Below are positions 50,909-64,000 of a stretch of DNA of 64,000 nucleotides, in pieces. The position numbers and the translations under genes were made by a program. The notes under the pieces were generated by a model, which did no database searches, was not told the DNA's origin, and saw nothing but the letters and a program-made list of their open reading frames with translations. Each line of letters starts with the position of its first letter. Within the stretch, counting starts at the first letter, position 1. Source of the stretch: Octopus vulgaris (lineage: Eukaryota); assembly GCA_951406725.2 (NCBI GenBank), contig OX597814.1:102424001-102488000 (forward strand), read 5' to 3'.

Positions 50909-53707
50909 TAAAAAAACTTAGAAGGTTCAAACTCCAACTAGGTCTTTTGCAATGCCCTAAAAAACCAGGAACTTTTCAGCACCCTGTTATATGTATAGGC
51001 CTAGGCTTGGCTAAACACAGACATGACTGTGTGATTTAGAAGTTTACTTCACAGCCACATAGTTTTGGATTTAATTCAACTGTACATCTACTGTAGCCTT
51101 GGTCCATCAAAGCCCTGCAATTGAATTTGGTAGACAGAAACGCTCAGAACTTATCATGTATGTGTATGTATGTATGTATATATGTGTATATCTGTGTGTT
51201 GGTGTCCATTTGCACATCCCTGAAAACCCCTGAGCTACAAGTGTTCATGATGTTGTGATCTCCTGGGTTGACAAATCACTTGCTAGTTCCGTGCTTTTGA
51301 AGAAATTTAGAATAAGAGACCCCTTACTTGAAAAACAGGTTAGGGATAACAAGAAGTGCATCTGCATATGTTTATCTAGCTCATGCTGACAGGGGAAGAT
51401 GAACAAAAAAGTGTGTGAGAGAGAGAGAGACAGACAGACTGACAGACAGACAGAGAGAAGGAATGCTTTTGTATCTGCTATGCATTTGATGGTTTTACAA
51501 TAAATCAGAATTGTTTCCAGCTTTGCTCTTCCAAGCTTAACAACTCAGCTGATATATTTCTATGTTCAAATGACTTGGTCTCAACTATAACTAGTTACTG
51601 TTTTCATGTATATTACCAAATCTCCGGAGTATATTTTCCATGTCAGCTTGTCATACTCATGTATTTGTTAGTGTGCACATATGTATGTACAACTGTGCAT
51701 GTGTGTGTGTGTGTGTATCATTGTTGATCACCAGAAACAAAACATTTCCTTTACTTTTTTCTTTCTTTGATAATTTTTCTGTTTTTCTCAATTTGACCAT
51801 TACTTCAGCAAATTAAAGCCAAACATTTTTAACATCAAGATAACTGACACTAAGTAGCATTAGTTAATGGTAATAACATGTTTTTTTGATTAATTAGACT
51901 GTACTTTTCTATTGGGAAAGGCAAAAGAAACATTGCTAAAGAGAAACTAACACTGTAGCATTTCAATCATTTGATTTTGATTTTGCTTTACACTAAGAGC
52001 CTACACATAGAAACCTACTTGAAAACTTCAAATTTTATATACCTGGATAGCACTGGATTCATTGATTGGTTATTCAGAAGAATATTCATGGTAAGCTTTT
52101 ACAGTAATCAATGCAGCTGAAAGTTTGGAACTGTAGTCAAATATTGATCTGAGATAATTTATAAAAACATAGGTGTAATGTGGTTAATTTTTAGATATGT
52201 TGTTAACGATGATTTTGAGTTTATTAAGAAATTATGTAATAAGCAAAATGTATCCATTAAGAAGTAAAACTAGTTAAATGTAATTAGATAGAAAAGAATT
52301 CAATACATATGTTTATATTGATATTTCATCAAAATGGATTTTTAAAAAATGTTTTGTCAACATTTTAATTCTGGTATCTTGTTCTAGTTGAAAATTTCAT
52401 CCTATGATTATCACATCAATTATGTATGACTTATCTACTTTTAGCATACTTTCATTTATTTTTTTAGTTTATTTTGTTTCTCTGTTTGCATCAGGTGCAG
52501 GCATAGCTGTGTGGTTAAAAAAACTTGCTTCCCAGTCATATGATTTGGGATTTAGTCACACTGTGTGGTACCTTGAGCAAGTGTCTTCTCTTATAGCCTA
52601 GGCTGACCACAACCTTGTGAATATAATCTTACATTGTAGAGGTAAGAATGAACGAATAGATAAAGCTCTTTATATGTTATTGGGTATGTGAATGAAACAC
52701 TTATTAACCTCATAAGTAGAAGTACCAGGGTTTACTGGAAATTTACCACAATCTTTGGAAACTAAACAATTTAGAAATATAATAATTTTAAAAATTACCA
52801 AGGTCTATAATATTAAAAAATTTGTTTTTACTAGTTTTAGTCATTGGAATATGTCTATGCTGGGGCATCATTTTAAGATAACGGCTGACTAATTCAGTCC
52901 TAGTTCTTAGTACTTTCATTCATTTCAGAAGAAAGTGAAAAATTGACCTGAGTTGGATTTGAACTCAGAAATTATTGACCATACCCAAATACCACATTGT
53001 CCAATGCACTATGAGTTCTGACAATTCATTGACATATTTCAAAAGGATTAAAACTTTGGGTCAATTTGCTGCCTTACTTCAGATTTTCATATACAGTAAT
53101 AACATCTTGCATGTTGGCAAACAGAGGCTAAATCTAAAAATAATACAGAAATTTGTTAGTTTCATAGTAACTACTCAATGGTCTGTAGCCTAGCAGTTGT
53201 TTCATGCATGATAATTCCATATTTTTATTGATTCAATATATTTTTATTGATTCATAAATATTGTTGCTAGTAGTTTTTACCAGATCAGATATGTAATTAA
53301 GTTTAAGTGAGTGTTAACATATTTATTGCAGAAAACATTAAAAAATTAGCTTTTTCCTTTTTCTAGTTAGCTGGGTTTTTTTCTTTTCTTTTTTTTTTTT
53401 TTTTTTTTGGATGTGTCCTGTATAGAATATATTAACAGTAAATCAGTCCTTTCACATTCAGATTACTCTGTCAAATTGTTGTTTATTTATTCACGTTGTT
53501 TTTAATTAACCATGCTTTACCTTGTAATTTGAGACCTCAGTGATAAAATTGTGTATTTTTAGAGTGACATTGAAGGGTAGGTTTGAACATAAAACAGGTA
53601 GGATATTTGGACTGTATATGGTCAGTTTAAATGCTAGAGGGTTAAATATCGTTTTCTCATTTGGAATAATTATTCTCTGAATATTTCTATTCTACATTAT
53701 CAGTTGT

Positions 53708-54250
53708 ATCCATCCATTCATCCATCTTCTCTGTCAAGTATTTTTGGGAGGGCCATGGAGGTAGAGTCCTCAAGCACCTCCTTTATAGGGTCCTATCAAA
53801 AGCAACTATGATTAGACTTTACTACTGACCAACTGAGACTATGGATATTATTCAACCATCTCTTTCTTGATCTACCTCTAGGTCTCCTGCTGGTTGGCTC
53901 AGCTTGAAGAATTCATCTTGTGATTCTTTCCTGCGACATTCTAATCACATGCATACACTGGATGACTCTGCCTCCTCACTATTCACTGGTGCACCCTCAT
54001 ATTTAGGAAATACAGTTTACAAAAATCTTTCCACAATACAAATTAGTACCCACTCAGAATATTCTGAAGCACCTCCAGGCACCAAAGTCTGGCAACAGGC
54101 CTGATTAGATGTCTGTAGCACTGGAACTGTGACCTCTCCATGCAGAGAAGTAGAGGCCTGACCTAGTAAGATACTGATCTCCAAGTTACATACCCTGTGA
54201 TGTAATGTTATTCCAGAGATCCTTTGAAGGAACCCAGCTGTTTTCAGTTG
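53708..54250 (-). mobile_element. RTE (Expander/Rex3-like) LINE 3' fragment
   Basis: Minus strand AEPTSRRPRGRSRKRWLNNIHSLSW and upstream MGFLxRISG-like FLQRISGITL; (GATG)n tail. Confidence 0.75.
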
Positions 54251-54636
54251 CACCTTTTTATATATTTACTTAATAATTGTCCTATGATCACTTCACTAAG
54301 TTTACCGTAGTATATATTTCTCAGGTGAAATCAAATAAGATCAGAAACTGTCTGGAGTTGTTTTCCATATATGTCAAAAGAATCCAAACAATATAAGCCA
54401 ATAACATATTGCTTTTTACACTCAATGCAAATATTTATTTGTGTATGTGTTACACTCATGTATAGGTCACTTCCCCTCATAGTTTTTTAGTTTTGCCCCT
54501 TATGTAAGTTGCATCCCATGTTTCTCAGTCAAATTCAAGCATTAAATAATGCAACTTCTACACAGGTACTAAAATTACTTCCAGTTAGCATTTTTTTTTT
54601 ATATATACATTCCTTGTGTTAAATTTATCAACAGTA

Positions 54637-54790
54637 GGTGCAGGAGTGGCTGCGTGATAAGTAGCTTGCTTACCAACCACATGGTTCCGGATTCAGTTCC
54701 ACCGCGTGGCAAGTGTCTTCTACTATGGCCTCGGACCGACCAAAGCCTTGTGAGTGGATTTGGTAGACGGAAACTGAAAGAAGCCTGTCG

Positions 54791-54825
<35 letters not shown>

Positions 54826-55545
54826 ATATGTTTGTGTTTGGCCGCCCAACATCGCTTGACAACTGATGCTGGTGTGTTTATGTCCCCATAACTTAGCAGT
54901 TTGGCAAAAGAGACTGATAGAATAAGTACTAGGTATACAAAGAATGAGTCCTGGGGTCGATTTGCTCGACTAAAGGTGGTGCTCCAGCATGGCCACAGTC
55001 AAATGACTGCAACAAGTAAAAGAGTAAATTAATTATTGTTTTTCATATGGATTGAGGCCATATATGTATTTTGCTTGTTTATTTCACAATAGTTTCATGA
55101 CACAAATATTAATAGTAGAATTAAAGTGACTTTACTCTTTTACTCTTTTACTTGTTTCAGTCATTTGACTGCAGCCATGCTGGGCCACTGCCCGGGACTT
55201 ATTCTTTGTAAGCCTAGTACTTATTCTATCAGTCTCTTTTGCCAAACCACTAAGTTACGGGTACATAAACACACCAGCATCAGTTGTCAAGCGATGGAGG
55301 TAGGACAAACACAGACACACATACATATACACACACACACACATACGTATATGTGTATATATATATATATATACATATATACGACGGGCTTCTTTCAGTT
55401 TCCGTCTACCAAATCCACTCACAAGGCTTTGGTTGGGCTGAAGCTATAGTAGAAGACACTTGCCCAAGGTGCCACACAATGTGACTGAATTCGGAACCAT
55501 GTGGTTGGTAAGCAAGCTACTTACCACACAGCCACTCCGGCATCT
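54637..55545. mobile_element. Inverted (tail-to-tail) pair of full-length SINEs
   Basis: Plus copy 54637-55027 and minus copy ~55129-55545 of the same family, about 100 bp apart. Confidence 0.85.
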
Positions 55546-56003
55546 ATGACTTGCTAATTATTTACATATCTATTTTTATCAGTCTTTATTTCAGCTAAAG
55601 GGAATTTAATAGTTGAAATGTGAGAACTGTTCTTGGGAAACCAAACTGGCACACCTTACAGTATTTATTCAGAATGAATTTAGGAACAATTACAAGACAA
55701 ATATTGAGATCGTTTTAGTTTTTGCATAATTTCTTCAATAGGTACAATACAATGCCCTCAGATTTGTAAGGAGAAGTAAATAGGACTATTTCATATTCAT
55801 GTTTTTAAGAACACATGCTTTTATGTGTGTGTGTGTACACACACAGACACACACATCACAGTCTCAAATCACCCTTTACAAATGTTAATGCTTATTATTT
55901 TTCATAAAACAATCTTAAGTCATGAATTTATAATTTCTTGACACTCGTTATGATAATTCTCATGTTTATATATATATATTTTGTTTTGGGATTTGATTAT
56001 ATA

Positions 56004-56043
<40 letters not shown>

Positions 56044-56373
56044 CATATATATATATATATATATATAATATATATGACATACATCCACTAACAATTAAAA
56101 TCTTTCTATGTTAGACATTAGTTGAAGCAGCCTAACTCTGCTACATACATAGCTAAGTTGTTGGCAAATTGCAGTCATACAGACAAGCTTGTTTAGGGGG
56201 CAAATGTTTTGTAAAGCACACACATTTCATACCTCTTTGATAGATATAAGAATAGAAACAGTGTGTGGTGTAAATTGTAGTTTATATGCCTGGTAAATAA
56301 GAGACATATGACTCATTCTTTTCAGTAGTCCCATTGTTCTTATCCAATTATGAATTAGTGTTTAGAAGTGAAT

Positions 56374-56683
56374 ATGGGGAGACCCCCTTCGGTCATGAAT
56401 GACCATGGGATTGCACCTAGAAAGTTACCCTCAGAGGCACAAGTCTGAGCAAGGTTGTTTATGGAAGGCCAGCAGTTACCCATGCATACCAGCCTCCACT
56501 CTCCACACCACTGATGTTATCCAAGGGAAAGGCAAAGGCCGATACAGCTTGGCACCAGTGATGTCGCAACGTGAAATAAAGCGTCTTGCTCAAGAACACA
56601 ACATGCAACCCAGTCCAGGAATCGAACTCACAACCTCACGATCGTAAGCTCGACACTCTAACCTCTGAGTCATGCACCTTCAC
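56374..56683 (-). mobile_element. tRNA-derived SINE with 11-bp TSD
   Basis: Minus-strand head gtgaaggtgcatgactcagaggttagagtg...gagttcgattcc. TSD tagaagtgaat at 56363-56373 and 56684-56694. Confidence 0.8.
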
Positions 56684-57932
56684 TAGAAGTGAATGAGGGT
56701 TAATATAATTCAGATCATTAAGTTAAATATTAGATACAGGTATGTGTAACCATGTGGACATTATATGAAAGCTGATCTTGTGTGTGTCTATGTGTATGTG
56801 TGTGGGTTGGTGTGTGTTTGTGCATGTGTGTATTTGCATGTTTTGTGTGTATGCTTATTTGTATATCCTGATGAAAACTAAGTTGCATTCTTTTATGTCT
56901 GAAGTTGACTTAATTGATATACAAGATCAATAAACAGACATCAATACAATATAATAAAGCACCTCCACAGTCATCATCTGATGCCCATGTGGGTTCCTGG
57001 CTGTTCTAATGCCTTAACTTTCCCATCACCCATGGTAATGCAACGAGTGTGTTGGATTGTTTCAGTAAGTTCTGTTGAACCTTGTGGTTTGCGACCTATT
57101 GAGGCACTTGGTGTCAAATTGATGATTTTCTTTCTTCCTCTTTTTCTTTTTTTTCCTTTCTTCGCTCATGTTTGTGTTTTTTTTCAGTTTTGGATTTGTA
57201 TTTTAATGTGATTTTATATTATATATATATATATAACTTGAAAACTCCACTAGAGTGGACAAAAGTGCTAATATATGATATATGATTTATAAAAACATGT
57301 AAGATACTAATATCTGTAAATATAAAACCATCCAGACTTCTGAGTACCTCATTTCTTCTAATGCATGCATGCATACATACATACGTACGTACGTGTTATA
57401 TATGTAAATATTATCTCTGTTGGTAATAACAACTTTTCATACTATAAATCTGTTAAAGGTGGTACCTCATCATGACTGCAATCCAATGAGTCAAGGAAAA
57501 GAATAAAAGAATAATTTTTTTAAGTCGTTCATATAGCACTGGCATGGCTGTGTGGTAAGAGGTTTGCTTTCCAACTACATCGCTCCAGGTTCAGTCCCAC
57601 TGCTTGGCACCTCAAGCAAGTGCAAGTGTCTTCAAATATAGACTTGTGAGTGGATTTGGGAGATGGGTTCTGAAAGTAACCTGTCATGTTTATGTATGTG
57701 TATGTATGTGTATATATATGTGTATATGTATGTGTATAAGTATTTATGTGTGTGTATGTATGTTTGTGTGTGTCTTTGTGTTTGTGTTTATGCCCTCACC
57801 AACATTTGACACTCAACATCGGCTTGTTTACATAGCTTAGTGGTTTGGCAAAAGAGACCGATGGAATAAGTACTGGAGTTGAACCATCCAGGTGGTGCCC
57901 CATCTTGGTTGCAGTCTAGTGCCTGGAACAAG

Positions 57933-58646
57933 TAACTCTGAGGCCATGTGGGAAGATGAATGGAGGCATAATGCCGCCACCACTAGTGATCACCCCAAAC
58001 ACCATGATGTTGACTGGATGTCTGATTTTTATCACTCTCGATACATGTTTTTGGGACACAGCAAGTCAACAGTTGTTTTGAGTTTGTTCAAAAACTTCGT
58101 GGCATGGTCTTTCCTCTTGTCCTTGATGGTTTGGGATAAAAATTAGCCCTTTCTCATCTTGTAGGAGGAATACCAAATGTTTTCATGCCCTACCTGCCTG
58201 ATAAGAAACTCAGATACTCCTATGTCATTGGTGATGGACCTGATTGACTTGGAGCAATTGTTGTCAATCATGGCCTGGATCTCACCAACAAATTCAGAAG
58301 TTCTTTTTTTATCAAAACAATCAGAATGAGTTTTCCAAGCTGCTGTACCTTTGTAATCACCATCAGACTCATCCAGCTCTTTCCAAATCCTCTGCACTGT
58401 CCTCAGATCAACACCCAAATACTCTGAAATGTTTGTATTGGTGCTTCCAGCACAAATGCCAAGCAGTACATCATGTTGTTTCCAAATTTCTGGCTGAGTG
58501 AATTGCATCATGGTGCTGTTTTTTTTTTTCACAGGTGGTGCCCAACTGATCCTACTATACTGTGTAGTCAACAAAATCAAAAACAAACAATGCGCATGTG
58601 TGAAATTATAAGTATGAAATGGTGACAACTTACCCATCGCACTCTG
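57933..58646 (-). mobile_element. Tc1/mariner maT (DD37D)-like transposon fragment
   Basis: Terminus TA|CAGAGTG. ORF from 58511 with HTH-like YLGVDLRTVQRIWK and SIRSITNDIGVSEFLIR; downstream HPVNIMVFGVITS...PPFIFPHGLRV. Confidence 0.8.
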
Positions 58647-59495
58647 TACATGTATGCATACATGCAGATGAGTAGGTAGGCATGTATGTGAGAAATGTTG
58701 GTAGTAACTCATAGAACTGGTACAAAGTAGAGGACATTTTTAGTCCTCCTGGCATTGACGTAACCTCTTTTCTAACAACTGCATAAGATGCACCCAGTAG
58801 ACTCCGTAAATTGTTGGTGACAGGAGGGATATCAGGCTGTTGGAAACATGAAAAATGAAATTTATGATAAGATAAACACTGCAAGTTGCATTATTAGCTG
58901 CTCATATAGGGAAGGCTGATACAGGGTAGAAGAGACTCTTCAATTCTTTTCATGTGAAATAACCTTTCAAGCCATCAGTCCACCCTGTAAGACATACATA
59001 ACACTTAGTTTGGTTGGTTTTCTATGTTTTGTTAGCAAGAAGATACAGTGACGAGCCGTCACATATACAGATATAATGTGTGTACACCCTATAACCATTA
59101 TATATTCTACCAGACAAAAATTATAAAATAAAATAAAATTAGACAAGCATATTGATTAGTCACTGTTTAAAAGCATAAATCTATTTTCCTAATCTGGTCT
59201 ATTTAATGCCTAACACATAAAAAAATATTTAGTTATTTATCAATAAATGAATCTGCTGTAATATTACATGGGAGCTGGACATTTTTAAAGGTTATTTTCT
59301 TTCATCATTTTTTTTAAAAATCTGCATTCAGATCAAGTTATAAAGTACTATTGATTCATATTTTCCTTCATTATCTGTTTTTTTTCTTCATTTATTTTAG
59401 TTCTGGGAACTTGACAACCATTTTGGAAGATAAGGAATTTCATTGGCTTTGTATTTAGTTGCCACAGGATACAGTTACAGCATCTACGCTGAATA

Positions 59496-59546
59496 ATGGA
59501 TTTGAGGGAAATGGTTGAGCTTTTGGAAGACTGCAAGAACACTCTG
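59496..59546 (+). CDS. Speculative first coding exon of a host gene (MDLREMVELLEDCKNTL)
   Basis: Acceptor ttttttcttcatttattttAG at 59400, Kozak-like ataATGg, donor CTG|GTATGG at 59547; non-repeat sequence. No homology recognised. Confidence 0.2.
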
Positions 59547-60479
59547 GTATGGACGAGTTGTTATGAAAACATTTAGGAATGCGCTATTAAGAAATTAGCT
59601 TTTAAAATTAATTTTCTCAGAATTTTTTGAATTTCTAACATATATTTGCTCTTTCATTTTCATTTGCCTTGTCTTTTTAAATCTGAATTTTTTTTTTTAC
59701 TATGCTTGTCATACCTGGTTTGCTAAATTCATTCTTGTGAGTTTTAGTTAATTAATAAGTAGGTTATTTTAATTGACACTACTAGATTAATATAAAATGT
59801 TAAATTAAAAGAGGCCTCTATATCTTTGAGAATTTTAAGGACTATAATACTCAAAGGAAAATAGTTAACTGTAAACATATAGCATGATCTGCAAATTCAA
59901 AGACAAATATTGTATCACTCTGTAACTGTCAGCTTGTATTCTGCTGCTTATATTTTGAAATTGATATTTTCAATGGCTCTGTTGAACATTGCTTGCTTTT
60001 AGTCAATAACAAAATAGATAATGGTTGTTTTATTTTATATTCTCTTTCACATTTCAACATTATTTTTATGACTTTTCTTTATCCAAACTTTTGTAAACAT
60101 CATATGAATTGCTTCCTTTGTACTTGTTCTGGAAAGTACAGTGACTTCCAACTGAAAATATATTGTTATTTTGTTTCAATCAATTTTAATTTAATATATT
60201 TTAGCTCTAATTTAAGAAATATGAAAATCAAATTATTTAGCTATAAAATTGATATTATGTTTTACTTTTCTTTTCCTGAGTGCGTATGTTCACACTAAGG
60301 AATACATTGTTAACAAGCAGGAATATACCACAATTTCCTGTCTGGAGTTGTGTTATGGAAAATTTCAATTTAATTTTCATCACATAAAAATATCTTAACT
60401 CTTAGATTCATTTTCAATCTCATTTAAAATTTTCTATTTATTTAGTTGGAAGTTTGTTTTTCACTTGTTTAAAACATCA

Positions 60480-60850
60480 AGATGTCTTGCAAACAACTTG
60501 CACATGCAAGTGCTACCAGTCAAGGACTCTGCATACCAGAAGCCAACAAGTGTATGGGGTCATCAGGAGAGAATGTGCGCCGTTTCAGGGCCTACCTCTT
60601 GACGGCATCAATGCACACCGGCCTCCATCACTGATATGAGGTCCTGCTTGCTAGATCAACTGGTTATTAAATATAGCTCAATATTTCTCTAGCCATCGCT
60701 CATCGTCTCTTTTTAACCAAATCCAATGGCTAGCCTTCTCCACTGTAGTTTTGGATATCGGTCATGTTTGTGTAATACTGAAGCATTCTTCATTAACTCA
60801 ACCACCTCACTTCTCATAAACATGTCTTATGTTTCAGTCCACCAAAACAA
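60480..60850 (-). mobile_element. Hero/NeSL-like RLE LINE 3' fragment
   Basis: Minus strand VEKASHWIWLKRD resembles the Hero C-terminal AEKASxWLWLKR motif. Confidence 0.5.
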
Positions 60851-61626
60851 ATGTTCTTGTCATTGTTTGACCCCAGATAAGCCCTGATCAAGTAAACTTA
60901 TAATTGAAGACTATCCCATTTGTTGTTTTAGACATAAGTGTATCTAAGAATACATTACCCAATGTTTCCTCCTCTTTGAAGATAGTAGGGTATAACTGGA
61001 AGTAGATTTGACTTCTATTTACAGTAGAATGAGTGATTGCATTACAATTTTCTAGTTTTATCATTGCTCTGAAAATGTTAACCCCACTATGTTATCTGCT
61101 GTGATGATACACAGGGGTGCCAGAACAAACAAGAAGCAAAACAAAATACTTGCAAAAACAAAGACACCAATCAGATAAAATAACAATTTCTCAGATGGTT
61201 GCAGCTCTTGAGCTGAAACTAGTAAAGGTAGTAAAGGAAGATAATCAATCTAACAAACAGGTCATTCAACAAAGCTACTCTCAGCCCTAATGACATCCCC
61301 CAGTAACTGGTCTCATTGCAACCATAGAGGTGACTGCATGCCATGATCAGGTGGCCTCTGTCTATTCTATTCACTATCCCACAGCAGGAACCTCCAAATA
61401 AAGTAGTTCAGAGAGTTTAAAGTTTAAATCTAGAGAGCAAGGGGACCACATGATATTGGAGAGTAATATGATCACAAGATTCTCCCAGTTTAACCAGAAA
61501 TAAACTGTCCTTTCTTCATCACATAACTTGTACCTAAGTCTTCATGCACCACATGTCTGATAGTGGATTCCTCCACCTTTTATTGCTTGGTAATGGTCAT
61601 CCTTAACAACAAGCTCACTAGGATTG

Positions 61627-61945
61627 TTAATGATGCCCTAGACCTGCTGGACAAACTTGACTGGCCTGATGATATCTGACAACTGATAATGTTCTTTGTC
61701 CTGGTCACAAGCAACATATTTCTGCCAGAGGCCCAGAGGTTCCCAGCTTCTCATGCGTTATATGCCTGAGAATGGTGTCAATCACTTTTGGTTGCTTGGT
61801 AATGACTCTCATCAAAACTCTATGGTTGTTGTCAATGCTACCTTAGACCTTGCTGGACAAACACGACTTGATGTCTAACTGCTAAGAATGTTTCTTTCTT
61901 CTGGCCACAGACAACACATTACTGCCAGAAGCCCAGCTGCTTTCT
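61627..61945. repeat. Diverged tandem duplication with ~200-bp period
   Basis: tagacct(t)gctggacaaac...ctgccagargcccag occurs at ~61637 and ~61843. Confidence 0.7.
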
Positions 61946-62600
61946 GGCCTGATCAAAAAAGAACCTAGCCACATTCAACAAATAAGCAATTTCAGAGTCA
62001 CTAAGGTTGACAGCTAAAGCCTTCCTCATATGACTAAACCAAGATTAAGAAAGGAAGGAGGCTATTCTGAGACTGAAGACGTGGCATGAATGCTTGCAAC
62101 AGGGTGCACTATTAAAGGCACAGAAAAAGAACCAAAAAAACAAGTGTTGTTAAATTGGGTGATGGATTAAGTCTACTACCCAGGTATGATCCATCCTCAT
62201 GGGTTTCTACACACTTTGCATCTATCAAATTTCATCTACATGTGTTGGTTGACTTATAGTACTGTACAATAGAACTGAATTTAAAACCACACAGCTGTGG
62301 AGCAAACTTCTTCTTATCCACACAGCCATGCTTCTACTCATAGTCCAGTAGATCACTATCAGCTTGGTGTGTTGTCCAATAATCAGTGACTTAGTGTTCA
62401 GTATGATATCAATTAGCTCCAGTGAAAGGAGCCTTTACATAGTAAGTCGACATGCTAGAAACAGTACCCAAATCTCCTTCAAATCATACTTTACAAATCA
62501 TGCTCTACAATTAGGCCATTTTATCAGCTTGGTGGATTTTCTAGTAGTCTTGATATGCTAGAAATAGGTCCCAAATTTCCTTCAAATCATACTCTACAAT

Positions 62601-62773
62601 CAGGCTATCAAAGCAGGTTCATAGACCCTGGGCAAATCAATGTACTGGCCCCTATAGTATTTTTTATAGACAACAAGCCACAAGATGCATAGATTAGAAT
62701 TTGGCCCCTTACCTCTAGAGCAGTGAGGCCCCTGGACAATAGCCCAGTATGCTCATGCTTGAAGGGAGCCCTG
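62601..62773. mobile_element. Small hAT-like MITE
   Basis: CAGGCT...AGCCCTG termini, internal ggcccct motifs, degenerate 8-bp flanks tctacaat and cttacaat. Confidence 0.45.
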
Positions 62774-63263
62774 CTTACAATCTTAAATAAAGAATGGACA
62801 CACAGGAAAATATAGTTCCATATATCCCTAAAGAATGGAAAGCGACAAAGTTTTTTTTATCTTAAATCTGATCCATCAAGGATGACCTGGAATTAAACAA
62901 CAACAAAAACTACAACTTGGTTATTCAACCTCAATAACGTGGCACTGTTTGGCATCACTTTCATCTGTTCTTCCACCCTTTTTTTCTTTTTTTCTTTTTT
63001 CTTTGTCTGTCTTTGAAGTTCCTAACAGACAGCAAAATATAAATTTGATACGTTTCACACTGAGAAGACTCTTCGATAAATAATCAATAGAACACTTTTA
63101 TTCTAACAATTTTATGTTTTTATAATAGTGTATGCTGTTGATTTAATCAGTGACATGACTCATTTATGGTGCTCTGCATGAGTGAAATTTATTAGTAACT
63201 AACCAGTAGAGACATTTCAGGGATGGAATCATAACAGAATGAACTCAAATACCCATCACCCAC

Positions 63264-63290
63264 CCTCCTCCGCTTCCTCCTCCTCCTCCA

Positions 63291-63349
<59 letters not shown>

Positions 63350-63363
63350 CACCACCACCACCA
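63264..63363. repeat. Compound (CCT)/(CTA)n/(CCA)n microsatellite
   Basis: Seen directly. Confidence 0.95.
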
Positions 63364-64000
63364 CTTACACCAATATTGATGCTTGCTGCTACCACCCTGC
63401 CCACACCCTGTTCACAGACATTTCTGTCAATCTTTGTGATATTTTGTGAACCAGTTCATTCAAATTGGACTAAACAGTATCTGATTGAATAAGCAAGCCA
63501 ATATTCATCCATCTAACTTGACGTCTTCCTGTATCTTTTCATTGACATGGCTGCTATCAGGGCTTTAATTCCAGCTGAGACTTTATTTTTTATTTATTTA
63601 AAATACTCATTGGTTGTTAAACTATAGTGCTGCTACACTCTGAACAAATGCTATTCTTTTTATTATAATCCCATTAACATCTAGGATGCAATATAGAAAT
63701 ATGAACTGGCTGGTACTCATATTGTAAATCACAGAAGTTTCTGCAACATTAAATAGATTAGAAACTGTCTTCTCCAAGAGAACATACTTGTCTATTGCAG
63801 ATGTAATGTTCCCAGAGTTTTTCTGGTATCTATTTCTAATAGTTAAGTAATAAATTATCCAGTCCACATTCACTATAATATGTTTACAGTGGATTTGAAC
63901 TCACAATCTTTGAGACTGCTGTCACTGTCATTATCATATTTTATGTCTGATGGCATCACATATCTTGAATAGGTTATTATAATCCGAATCACTTATTAGA

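Noticed and set aside
63622-63873. 83-aa minus-strand ORF in unique sequence
   Set aside because: Non-ATG start, no recognisable domain and no convincing splice boundaries.

Overview
AT-rich, microsatellite-laden eukaryotic DNA, most likely a coleoid cephalopod (Octopus-like, inferred from the SINE families). No host protein-coding gene can be identified with confidence; the window looks like a large intron or intergenic region made of transposable elements. The main feature is a near full-length ~5.5 kb Tx1/L1-clade LINE (~40826-46338) inserted in an (ATT)n microsatellite. Its ORF1 is broken by four frameshifts. Its ORF2 is open (RT plus C-terminal CCHC motif) but has an in-frame deletion that removes the catalytic second half of the APE endonuclease. 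The LINE's last ~75 nt match the 3' tail of one young, TSD-flanked SINE subfamily in the same window, suggesting a LINE/SINE partner system with tail swapping. Other features: a Dong/R4 fragment using the same microsatellite in the opposite orientation, a minimal hammerhead-ribozyme-like motif, a Penelope GIY-YIG fragment, a 798-bp foldback MITE with telomere-like hexamers, a 174-bp near-perfect hairpin, Helitrons, mariner/maT remnants, RTE and Hero-like fragments, and many SINEs. Most short ORFs in the supplied track are microsatellite or repeat artefacts.
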